Source of the DNA: the human T2T-CHM13v2.0 reference genome, Homo sapiens
DNA: 64,000 nucleotides
Assembly: GCF_009914755.1 (NCBI RefSeq)
Contig: NC_060933.1
Direction: 5' to 3' (one strand)
Part shown: positions 1-12,500 of the stretch, piece by piece
Layout: each line of letters opens with the position of its first letter
How positions within the stretch are numbered: the first letter of the stretch is position 1
Program-made: the position numbers and the translations under genes
The notes under the pieces: generated by a model
What the model was told of the DNA's origin: nothing
The model's input: only the letters and a program-made list of their open reading frames with translations
The model's database searches: none

Positions 1-278
1 AATGGAATGCAATGGAATGGAATCATCCGTAATGGAATGGAAAGGAATGGAATGGAATGGAATGGAATGGAATCAACTCGATTGCAATCAAATGGAATGG
101 AATGGAATTAACCCGAATAGAATGGAATGGAATGGAATGGAACGGAACGGAACGGAACGGAATGGAATGGAATGGAATGGAATGGAATGGAACGGAAAGG
201 AACGGAATGGAATGGAATGGAATGGAATGGAATCAACGCGAGTGCAGGGGAATGGAATGTAATGGAATGCAATGGAAT

Positions 279-293
279 GGAATCTTCCGGAAT
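279..293. promoter_or_regulatory. Perfect three-unit heat-shock element nGAAn-nTTCn-nGAAn (GGAAT CTTCC GGAAT); first of about 50 in the window
   Basis: Exact match to the canonical HSF-binding element. Further copies at 883, 2371, 10031, 22556, 33446, 40126, 40211, 62985 and elsewhere. HSF1 binding to SatIII is established, but occupancy of these particular sites is not shown by the sequence. Confidence 0.7.
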
Positions 294-686
294 GGAATGG
301 AATGGAATGGAATGGAATCAACCCGAGTGCAATGGAATGGAGTGGAATGCAATGGAATGGAATGGAACAACCCGAATGGAATGGAATGTAATGGAGAGTA
401 AGGGAGTTGAATAGAATCATTCCGAATGTAATGGAATGGAATGGAACAGAACGGAATTGAAAGGAATGGAATGGAATGCAATGGAATGGAATCAACCCGA
501 GTGCAATGGAATGGAGAGGAATGGAATGGAATGGAATGGAAAATACCCGAATGGAATGGAATGTAATGGAGTGTAAGGGAATTGAATAGAATCAATCTGA
601 AGGTAATGGAATGGAATGGAACGGAATGGAATGGAATGGAATGGAATGGAATGGAATGGAATGGAATAGAGTGGAATGGAATCAAC

Positions 687-700
687 TCGATTGCAATCGA
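687..700. other. Recurrent perfect 14-bp palindrome TCGATTGCAATCGA (sister palindrome TCCATTGCAATGGA at 4290-4303)
   Basis: Directly read. It recurs in the module preceding TTAACCCGAATAG throughout the window. Confidence 0.9.
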
Positions 701-3599
701 ATGGAATGGAATGGAATTAACCCGAATAGAATGGAATGGAATGGAATGGAACGGAACGGAATGGAATGGAATGGAATGGAATGGAATGGAACGGGAAGGA
801 AGGGAATGGAATGGAATAGAATGGAATGGAATGGAATCAACGCGAGTGCAGGGGAATGGAATGGAATGGAATGCAATGGAATGGAATCTTCCGGAATGGA
901 ATGGAATGGAATGGAATGGAATGGAATGGAATGGAATCAAACCGAGCACAATGGAATGGAGGGAAATGGAATGGAATGGAATGGAACAACCCGAATGGAA
1001 TGGAATGTAATGGAGAGTAAGGGAGTTGAATAGAATCAATCCGAATGTAATGGAATGGAACGGAATGGAATGGAATGGAATGGAATGGAATGGAATGGAA
1101 TGGAATGGAATGCAATGGAATGGAATCAACCCGAGTACAATGGAACGGAATAGAATGGAATGTAATGTAATCGAATGGAATGGAATGGAATGGAATGGAA
1201 TCAACCCGAGTGCAATGGAATGGAGAGGAATGGAATGGAATGGAATGGAAACTACCCGAATGGAATGGAACGTAATGGAGTGTAAGGGAATTGAATAGAA
1301 TCAATCCGAATGGAATGGAATGGAATGGAACGGAATGTAATGTAATGGAATGGAATGGAATCAACCCGAGTGCAGGGGAATGGAATGGAATGGAATGCAA
1401 TGGAATGGAATCATCCGGAATGGAATGGAATGGAATGCAATGGAATGGAATGGAATGGAATCAACCCGAGTGCAATGGAATGGAGTGAAATGGAATGGAA
1501 TGGAATGGAGACAACCAGAATGGATTGGAATATAATGGACTGTAAGGGAATTGAATAGAATCAATCTGAATGTAATGAAATGGAATGGAACGGAATGGAA
1601 TGGAATGGAATGGAATGGAATGGAATGGAATGGAATGCAATGGAATGGAATCAACCCGAGTGCAATCGAATGGAATTGAATGGAATGCAACGCAATGGAA
1701 TGGATTCAACTTGAATGGAATGGAAAGAATGGAATCAACACGAGTGGAATGGCATGGATTGGAATGGAATGGAATGGAATCAACCCGAGTATAGGGGAAT
1801 GGAATGGAATGGAATGCAATGGAATGGAATCATCCGTAATGGAATGGAAAGGAATGGAATGGAATGGAATGGAATGGAATGTTATGGAATGATACGGAAT
1901 AGAATGGAATGGAAGGAAATGGAATGGAATGGAATGGAATGGAATGGAATGGAATGGAATCGTTCCGAGTGGAATAGGAGGGAATGTATTCGAGTGGAAT
2001 GGAAAAGAGTGGAATCAACCAGAGTGGAATGGAAGGGAATGGAATGGAATGGAAACTAATAGAATGGAATCAACCCGAGAGGAATGGAACGGAAAGGACT
2101 GGAATGGAATGGAATGGAATGGAATCAACTCGATTGTAATGGAATGGAATGGAATGGAATGGAATGGAATCAACTCGATTGCAATCGAATGGAATGGAAT
2201 GGAATTAACCCGAATAGAATGGAATGGAATGGAATGGAACGGAACGGAATGGAATGGAATGGAATGGAATGGAATGGAACGGAAAGGAAGGGAATGGGAT
2301 GGAATAGAATGGAATGGAATGGAATCAACGCGAGTGCAGGGGAATGGAATGGAATGGAATGCAATGGAATGGAATCTTCCGGAATGGAATGGAATGGAAT
2401 GGAATGGAATGGAATGGAATCAACCCGAGTGCAATGGAATGGAGTGGAATGGAATGGAATGGAATGGAACAACCCGAATGGAATGGAATCGAATGGAGAG
2501 TAAGGGAGTTTAATAGAATCAATCCGAATGTAATGGAATGGAATGGAACGGAATGGAATTGAATGGAATGGAATGGAATGCAATGGAATGGAATCAACCC
2601 GAGTGCAATGGAATGGAGAGGAATGGAATGGAATGGAATGGAAACTACCCGAATGGAATGGAATGTAATGGAATGTAAGGGAATTGAATAGAATCAATCC
2701 GAATGTAATGGAATGGAATGGAACGGAATGGAATGGAATGCAATGGAATGGAATGGAATGCAATGGAATGCAATCAACCCAAGTGTAATCGAATGGAATC
2801 TAATGGAATGGAATGCAATGGAATGGATTCAACTTGAATGGAATGGAAAGAATGGAATCAACACGAGTGGAAGGGCATGGATTGGAATGGAATGGAATGG
2901 AATCAACCCGAGTACAGGGGAATGGAATGGAATGGAATGCAATGGAATGGAATTATCCGTTATGGAATGGAAAGGAATGGAATGGAATGGAATGCAATGG
3001 AATGGAATGGAATGAAATGGAATCAACTCGATTGCAATCGAATGGAATGGAATGGAATTAACCAGAATAGAATGGAATGGAATGGAATGGAACGGAACGG
3101 AATGGAATGGAATGGAATGGAATGGAACGGAACGGAACGGAATGGAATGGAATGGAATGGAATGGAATGGAATGGAATGGAATGGAATCAACGCGAGTGC
3201 AGGGGAATGGAATGGAATGGAATGCAATGGAATGGAATCTTCCGGAATGGAATGGAATGGAATGGAATGGAATGAAATGCAATGGATTCAACTCGATTGC
3301 AATGGAATGTAATGGAATGGGATGGAATGGAATGGAATGGAATTAACCCGAATAGAATGGAATGGAATGGAATGGAACGGAATGGAACGGAATGGAATGG
3401 AATGGAATGGAATGGAATGGAATGGAATGGAATGGAATGGTATGGAATGGAATGGAATGGTACGGAATAGAATGGAATGGAACGAATTGTAATGGAATGG
3501 AAGTGAATGGAATGGAATGGAATGGAATGGAATGGAATCAACGCGAGTGCAGGGGAATGTAATGGAATGGAATGCAATGGAATGGAATCATCCGGAATG

Positions 3600-6500
3600 C
3601 AATGGAATGGAATGGAATGGAATGGAATCAACCCGAGTGCAATGGAATGGAGTGGAATGGAATGGAATGGAATGGAACAACCCGAATGGAATGGAATGTA
3701 ATGGAGAGTAAGGGAGTTGAATAGAATCAATCCGAATGTAATGGAATGGAATGCAACGGAATGGAATGGAATGGAATGGAATGGAATGCAAAGGAATGGA
3801 ATCAACCTGAGTGGAATGGCATGGAATGGAATGCAATGGATTGGAATGGAATGGAATCAACTCGAGTGGAAAGGAATGGAATGGAATGGAAAGGAATGGA
3901 ATGACGTCAACTCGAGTGGAATGGAATGGAATGGAATGGATTGGAATGGATTGCAATGGAATGAAATGGAATGGAATGGAATGGAATCAATCATTCCGAG
4001 TGGAATGGAAGGGAATGTAATGGAGTGGAAAGAAGGGAATGGAATCAACCCGAGTGGAATGCAAGGCAATGGAATGGAATGGAAAGGAATGGAATGCAAT
4101 CAACTCGATTGCAATGGAATGGAATGGAATGGAATGGAATGGAATGGAATGGAATGGAATTAACCGGAATAGAATGGAATGGAATGGAATGGAACGGAAT
4201 GGAAAGAACACGAGTGCAAGGGAATGGAAAGGAATGGAATGCAATGGAATGGAATCATCCGGAATGGAATGGAATGGAATGGAATCAACTCCATTGCAAT
4301 GGAATGGAATGGAATGGAATGGAATAGAATGCAATGGAATTAACCCGAATAGAATGGAATGCAATAGAATGGAATGCAACGGAACCGAATGGAGGGGAAT
4401 GGAATGGAATGGAATCAACCCGAGTACAGGGGACTGGAATGGAATGGAATACAATGGAATGGAGTCATCCGTAATGGAATGGAAAGGAATGGAATGGAAT
4501 GGAATGGAATGGAATGGAATGGAGTGGAATGGAATCAACTCGATGGCAATCGAATGGAATGGAATGGAATTAACCCGAATAGAATGGAATGGAATGGAAT
4601 GGAACGGAACGGAATGGAATGGAATGGAATGGAATGGAATGGAACGGAACGGAATGGAATGGAATGGAATGGAATGGAATCAACGCGAGTGCAGGGGAAT
4701 GGAATGGAATGGAATGGAATGGAATGGAATCATCCGGAATGGAATGGAATGGAATGGAATGGAATGGAATGAAAGCAATGGATTCAACTCGATTGCAATG
4801 GAATGGAATAGAATGGAATGGAATGGAATGGAATGGAATGGAATGGAATTGAATGGAATGGAATGCCTTCAAACCGAATGGAATGGAAAGGAATGGAATG
4901 GAATGGTACGGAATAGAATGGAATGGAACGAACTGGAATGGAATGGAATGGAATGGAATGGAATGGAATCGTTCCGAGTGGAATAGGAGGGAATGTATTC
5001 GAGTGGAATGGAAAGGAATGGAATCAACCAGAGTGGAATGGAAGGGAATGGAATGGAATGGAAACTAATAGAATGGAATCAAACCGAGTGGAATGGAAAG
5101 GAAAGGACTGGAATGGAATGGAATGGAATGGAATGGAATCAACTCGATTGTAATGGAATGGAATGGAATGGAATGGAATGGAATGGAATTAACCCGAATA
5201 AAATGGAATGGAATGGAATGGAACGGAAAGGAGTGGAATGGAATGGAATCAACCCGAGTGCAGGGGAATGGAATGGAATGGAATGCAATGGAATGGAATC
5301 ATCCGGAATGGAATGGAATGTAATGGAATGCAAAGCAATGGAATCAACTCGATTGCAATGGAATGGAATGGAGTGGAAAGGAATAGAATGGAATCAACCC
5401 GAGTGTAATGGAATGGAAAGGACTGGAATGGAGTGGAATGGAATGGAATGGAATGGAATGGAATCAACTCGATTGGAATCGAATGGAATGGAATGGAATG
5501 GAATGGAATTAACCCGAATAGAATGGAATGGAATGGAATTGAACGGAACGGAATGGAATGGAATGGAATGGAATGGAATGGAATGGAATGGAATGGAATG
5601 GAATCAACCCGACTGCAGGGGAATGGAATGGAATGGAATGGAATGGAATGGAATGGAATCATCAGGAACGGAATGGAATGGAATGGAATGGAATCAACTC
5701 GATTGCAATGGAATGGAATGGAATGGAATGGAATGGAATGGAATGGAATGGAATGGAATGGAATTCACCCGAATAGAATGGAATGGAATGGAATGGAAAG
5801 GAATGGAAGGGAAGGAAATGGAATGCAATCAACCCGAGTGCAGGGGAATGGAATGGAATGGAATGCGATGGAATGAAATCATCCGGAATGGAATGGAATG
5901 GAATGGAATGGAATGGTATCAACCCGAGTGCAGGGGAATGTAATGGAACGGAATGCAATGGAATGGAATCATCCGGAATGGAATGGAATGGAATGGAATG
6001 GAATGGAATCAACCCGAGTGCAATGGAATGGAGTGGAATGGAATGGAATGGAATGGAACAACCCGAATGGAATGGAATGTAATGGAGAGTAAGGGAGTTG
6101 AATAGAATCAATCCGAATGTAATGGAATGGAATGCAACGGAATGGAATGGAATGGAATGCAATGGAATGGAATGGAATGGAATGCAAAGGAATGGAATCA
6201 ACCCGAGTGGAATGGCATGGAATGGAATGCAATGGATTGCAATGGAATGGAATCAACTCGAGTGGAAAGGAATGGAATGGAATGGAATGGAAAGGAATGG
6301 AATGAGGTCAACTCGAGTGGAATGGAATGGAATGGAATGGATTGGAATGGATTGCAATGGAATGAAATGGAATGGAATGGAATGGAATCAATCATTCCGA
6401 GTGGAATGGAAGGGACTGTAATGGAGTGGAAAGAAGGGAATGTAATCAACCCGAGTGGAATGCAAGGCAATGGAATGGAATGGAAAGGAATGGAATGGAA

Positions 6501-9500
6501 TCAACTCGATGGCAATGGAATGGAATGGAATGGAATGGAATGGAATGGAATTAATCGAAATAGAATGGAATGGAATGGAATGGAATGGAAGGGAATGGAA
6601 TCAACACGAGTGCAGGGGAATGGAATGGAATGGAATGCAATGGAATGGAATCATCCGGAATGGAATGGAATGGAATGGAATAAACTCCATTGCAATGGAA
6701 TGGAATGGAATGGAATGGAATAGAATGGAATGGAATTAACCCGAATAGAATGGAATGCAATAGAATGGAATGCAACGGAACCGAATGGAGTGGAATGGAA
6801 TGGAATGGAATCATCCCGAGTACAGGGGAATGGAATGGAATGGAATGCAATGGAATGGACTCATCCGTAATGGAATGGAAAGGAATGGAATGGAATGGAA
6901 AGGAATGGAATGGAATGGAATGGAATGGAATGGAATCAACACGATGGCAATCGAATGGAATGGAATGGAATTAACCCGAATAGAATGGAATAGAATGGAA
7001 TGGAACGGAACGGAATGGAATGGAATGGAATGGAATGGAATGCAACGGAACGGAATGGAATGGAATGGAATGGAATGGAATCAACGCGAGTGCAGGGGAA
7101 TGGAATGGAATGGAATGTAATGGAATGGAATCTTCCGGAATGGAATGGAATGGAATGGAATGGAATGGAATGAGAGGCAATGGATTAAACTCGATTGCAA
7201 TGGAATGGAAGAGAATGGAATGGAATGGAATGGAATGGAATGGAATGGAATGCCTTCAAACCGAAAGGAATGGAAAGGAATGGAATCAACACGAGTGGAA
7301 AGGAATGGAATGGAAAGGAATGGAATGGAATGGAATGGTACGGAATAGAATGGAATGGAACGAACTGGAATGGAATGGAATGGAATGGAATGGAATGGAA
7401 TGGAATGGAATGGAATCGTTCCGAGTGGAATAGGAGGGAATGTATTCTAGTGGAATGGAAAGGAATGGAATCAACCAGAGTGGAATGGAAGGGAATGGAA
7501 TGGAATGGAAACTAATAGAATGGAATCAACCCGAGTGGAATGGAATGGAAAGGACTGGAATGGAATGGAATGGAATGGAATGGAATGGAATGGAATCAAC
7601 TCGATTGTAATGGAATGGAATGGAATGGAATGGAATGGAATGGAATGGAATGGAATTAACCCGAATACAATGGAATGGAATGGAATGGAACGGAACGGAA
7701 TGGAGTGGAATGGAATGGAATCAACCCGAGTGCAGGGGAATGGAATGGAATGGAATGCAATGGAATGGAATCATCCGGAATGGAATGGAATGGAATGGAA
7801 TGTAAAGCAATGGAATCAACTCAATTGCAATGGAATGGAATGGAATGGAAAGGAATAGAATGGAATCAACCCGAGTGTAATGGAATGGAAAGGACTGGAA
7901 TGGAGTGGAATGGAATGGAATGGAATGGAATGGAATGGAATCAACTCGATTGGAATGGAATGGAATGGAATGGAATTTAATGGAATAGAATGGAATTAAC
8001 CCGAATAGAATGGAATGGAATGGAATGGAATGGAATGGAATGGAATGGAATGGAATTAACCCGAATAGAATGGAATGGAATGGAATGGAACGGAATGGAA
8101 TGGAATGGAATGGAATGGAATGGAATGGAATGGAATCGAATGGAATGGAATGGAATTAACCGGAATGGAATGGAATGGAATGGAATGGAGTGTAAGGGAA
8201 TTCAATAGAATCAATCCGAATGTAAAGGAATGGAATGCAATGAAATGGAATGGAATGGAATGGAATGGAATCAACCCGAATTCAATGGAATGGATTCGAA
8301 TGGAATGGATTGGAATGGAATGGATTCAACAAGAATGGAATGGAAAGGAATGGAATCAACCCGAGTGTAATGGCATGGAATGGAACGGAATGGAATGGGA
8401 TGGAATGGAATGGTACGGAATAGAATGGAATGGAATGGAATGGAATGGAATGGAATGGAATGAACCCGTGTGCAATGGAATGGAATGCAATGGAATGGAA
8501 TGGATTCAACTCGAATGGAATCCACTCGATTGCAATCGAATGGAATGGAATGGAATTGAAAGGAATAGAATGGAATCAACCCGAGTGGAATGGAATGGAA
8601 AGGACTGGAATGGAGTGGAATGGAATGGAATGGAATTAACCCGAATAGAATGAAATGGAACGGAATGGAATGGAATGTAATGGAATGGAATGGAATAGAA
8701 TCAACCCTAGTGCAGGGGAATGGAATGGAATGGAATGCAATGGAATGGAATCATCCCGAATGGAATGGAATGGAATGGAATGGAATGGAATGGAATGGTA
8801 TTGAATGGAATGGAATCAACTCGATTTCAATGGAATGGAATGGAATAGAATGGAACGGAATTAACACGAATAGAATGGAATGGAATGGAATGGAATGGAA
8901 CAGAAAGGAATGGAATGGAATGGAATGGAATCAACCCAAGTGCAGGGGAATGGAATGGAATGGAATTCCATGGAATGGAATCATCCGGAATGGAATGGAA
9001 TGGAATGGAATGGAATGGAATCAAGCCGAGTGCAATGGAATGGAGAGGAATGGAATGGAATGGAATGGAAACTACACGAATGGAATGGAATGTAATGGAG
9101 TGTAAGGGAATTGAATAGAATGCATCCGAATGGAATGCAATGGAATGGAATGGAAAGGAATGGAATGGAATGGAATGGAATGGAATGCAATGCCATGGAA
9201 TCTACCCGAGTGCAATCGAATGGAATCGAAGGGAATGGAATCCAATGGAATGGATTCAACTTGAATGGAATGGAAAGAATGGAAACAACACGAGTGGAAT
9301 GGCATGGATTGGAATGGAATGGGATAGAATCAACCCGAGTACAGGGGAATGGAATGGAATGGAATGAAATGGAATGGAATCACCCGTAATGTAATGGAAA
9401 GGAATGGAATGGAATGGAATGGAATGGAATGGAATGGAATCAACTCGATTGCAATTGAATGGAATGGAATGGAATTAACCCGAATAGAATGGAATGGAAT

Positions 9501-12500
9501 GGAATGGAATGGAACGGAACGGAATGGAATGGAATGGAATGGAACGGATCGGAATGGAATGGAATGGAATGGAATGGAATGGAATGGAATGGAATCAACG
9601 CGAGTGCAGGGGAATGGAATGGAATGGAATGCAATGGAATGGAAACTTCCGGAATGGAATGGAATGTAATGGAATAGAATGGAATGGAATGGAATGGAAT
9701 GGAATCAACCCGAGTACAGGCGAATGGAATGGAATGTAATGCAATGGAATGGAATCATCCGTAATGGAATGGAAAGGAATGGAATGGAATGGAATGGAAT
9801 GGAGTGGAATGGAATGGAATCAACTCGATTGCAATCGAATGGAATGGAATGGAATTAACCCGAATAAAATGGAATGGAATGGAATGGAACGGAACGGAAC
9901 GGAATGGAATGGAATGGAATGGAATAGAATGGAACGGAAAGGAATGGAATGGAATGGAATGGAATGGAATGGAATGGAATGGAATCAACGCGAGTGCAGG
10001 GGAATGGAATGGAATGGAATGCAATGGAATGGAATCTTCCGGAATGGAATGGAATGGAGTGGAATTGAATAAACCCGAGTGCAATGGAATGGAGTGGAAT
10101 GGAATGGAATGGAATGGAACAGCCCGAATGGAATTGAATGTAATGGAGAGTAAGGGAGTTGAATAGAATCAATCCGAATATAATGGAATGGAATGGAACG
10201 GAATGGATTGAATGGAATGGAATGGAATGCAATGGAATGGAATCAACCTGAGTGCAATGGAATGGAGAGGAATGGAATGGAATGGAATGGAAACTACCCG
10301 AATGGAATGGAATGTAATGGAGTGTAAGGGAATTGAATAGAATCAATCCGAATGTAATGGAATGGAATGGAACGGAATGGAATGGAATGGAATGGAATGG
10401 AATGGAATGGAATGGAATGCAATGGAATGGAATCAACCCGAATGCAATCGAATGGAATCGAATGGAATGGAATGCAATGGAATGGATTCAACTTGAATGG
10501 AATGGAATGAATGGACTCAACACGAGTGGAAGGGCATGGATTGGAATGCAATGGAATGGAATCAACCCGAGTACAGGGGAATGGAATGGAATGGAATGCA
10601 ATGAAATGGAATCATCCGTAATGGAATGGAAAGGAATGGAATGGAATGGAATGGAATGGAATGGAATGGAATGGAATCAACATGATTGCAATCGAATGGA
10701 ATGGAATGGAATTAACCCGAATAGAATGGAATGGAATGGAATGGAACGGAACGGAATGGAATGGAATGGAATGGAATGGAACGGAACGGAATGGAATGGA
10801 ATGGAATGGAATGGAATGGAATCAACCCGAGTGCAATGGAATGGAGTGGAATGGAATGGAATGGAATGGAACAACCCGAATGGAATGGAATGTAATGGAG
10901 AGTAAGGGAGTTGAATAGAATCAATCCGAATGTAATGGAATGGAATGCAACGGAATGGAATGGAATGGAATGGAATGCAATGCAAAGGAATGGAATCAAC
11001 CCGAGTGGAATGGCCTGGAATGGAATGCAATGGATTGGAATGGAATGGAATCAACTCGAGTGGAAAGGAATGGAATGGAATGGAAAGGAATGGAATGAAG
11101 TCAACTCGAGTGGAATGGAATGGAATGGAATGGATTGGAATGGATTGCAATGGAATGAAATGGAATGGAATGGAATGGAATCAATCATTCCGAGTGGAAT
11201 GGAAGGGAATGTAATGGAGTGGAAAGAAGGGAATGGAATCAACCCGAGTGGAATGCAAGGCAATGGAATGGAATGGAAAGGAATGGAATGCAATCAACTC
11301 GATTGCAATGGAATGGAATGGAATGGAATGGAATGGAATGGAATTAACCGGAATAGAATGGAATGGAATGGAATGGAACGGAATGGAAAGAACACGAGTG
11401 CAGGGGAATGGAAAGGAATGGAATGCAATGGAATGGAATCATCCGGAATGGAATGGAATGGAATGGAATCAACTCCATTGCAATGGAATGGAATGGAATG
11501 GAATGGAATAGAATGGAATGGAATTAACCCGCATAGAATGGAATGCAATAGAATGGAATGCAACGGAACCGAATGGAGTGGAATGGAATGGAATGGAATC
11601 AACCCGAGTACAGGGGAATGGAATGGAATGGAATGCAATGGAATGGAGTCTTCCGTAATGGAATGGAAAGGAATGGAATGGAATGGAATGGAATGGAATG
11701 GAATGGAATGGAATGGAATGGAATCAACTCGATGGCAATCGAATGGAATGGAATGGAATTAACCCGAATAGAATGGAATGGAATGGAATGGAACGGAACG
11801 GAATGGAATGGAATGGAATGGAATGGAATGCAACGGAACGGAATGGAATGGAATGGAATGGAATGGAATCAACGCGAGTGTAGGGGAATGGAATGGAATG
11901 GAATGTAATGGAATGGAATCATCCGGAATGGAATGGAATGGAATGGAATGGAATGAAAGGCAATGGATTCAACTCGATTGCAATGGAATGGAATAGAATG
12001 GAATGGAATGGAATGGAATGGAATGGAATGGAATGGAATGGAATGGAATGGAATGCCTTCAAACCGAATGGAATGGAAAGGAATGGAATCAACACGAGTG
12101 GAAAGGAATGGAATGGAAAGGAATGGAATGGAATGGAATGGTACGGAATAGAATGGAATGGAACGAACTGGAATGGAATGGAATGGAATGGAATGGAATG
12201 GAATGGAATGGAATGGAATCGTTCCGAGTGGAATAGGAGGGAATGTATTCGAGTGGAATGGAAAGGAATGGAATCAACCAGAGTGGAATGGAAGGGAATG
12301 GAATGGAATGGAAACTAATAGAATGGAATCAAGCCGAGTGGAATGGAATGGAAAGGACTGGAATGGAATGGAATGGAATGGAATGGAATGGAATGGAATC
12401 AACTCGATTGTAATGGAATGGAATGGAATGGAATGCAATGGAATGGAATGGAATGGAATTAACCCGAATAAAATGGAATGGAATGGAATGGAACGGAATG

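Noticed and set aside
241-260. GCAGGGG words as G-quadruplex seeds
   Set aside because: These are single G4 tracts separated by tens to hundreds of bases, with no four G3+ tracts in proximity.
285-292. TTCCGGAA as a STAT (GAS) site
   Set aside because: GAS needs TTC-N3-GAA (N4 for STAT6). The N2 spacing here fits the HSE geometry instead.
395-425. GTAAGGGAGTT / GTAAGGGAATT as telomere-like repeat or splice donor
   Set aside because: TAAGGG is isolated and not tandem TTAGGG. AG/GTAAG-like matches are only partial, and the + strand lacks polypyrimidine acceptors. The word is derivable from mutated pentamers.
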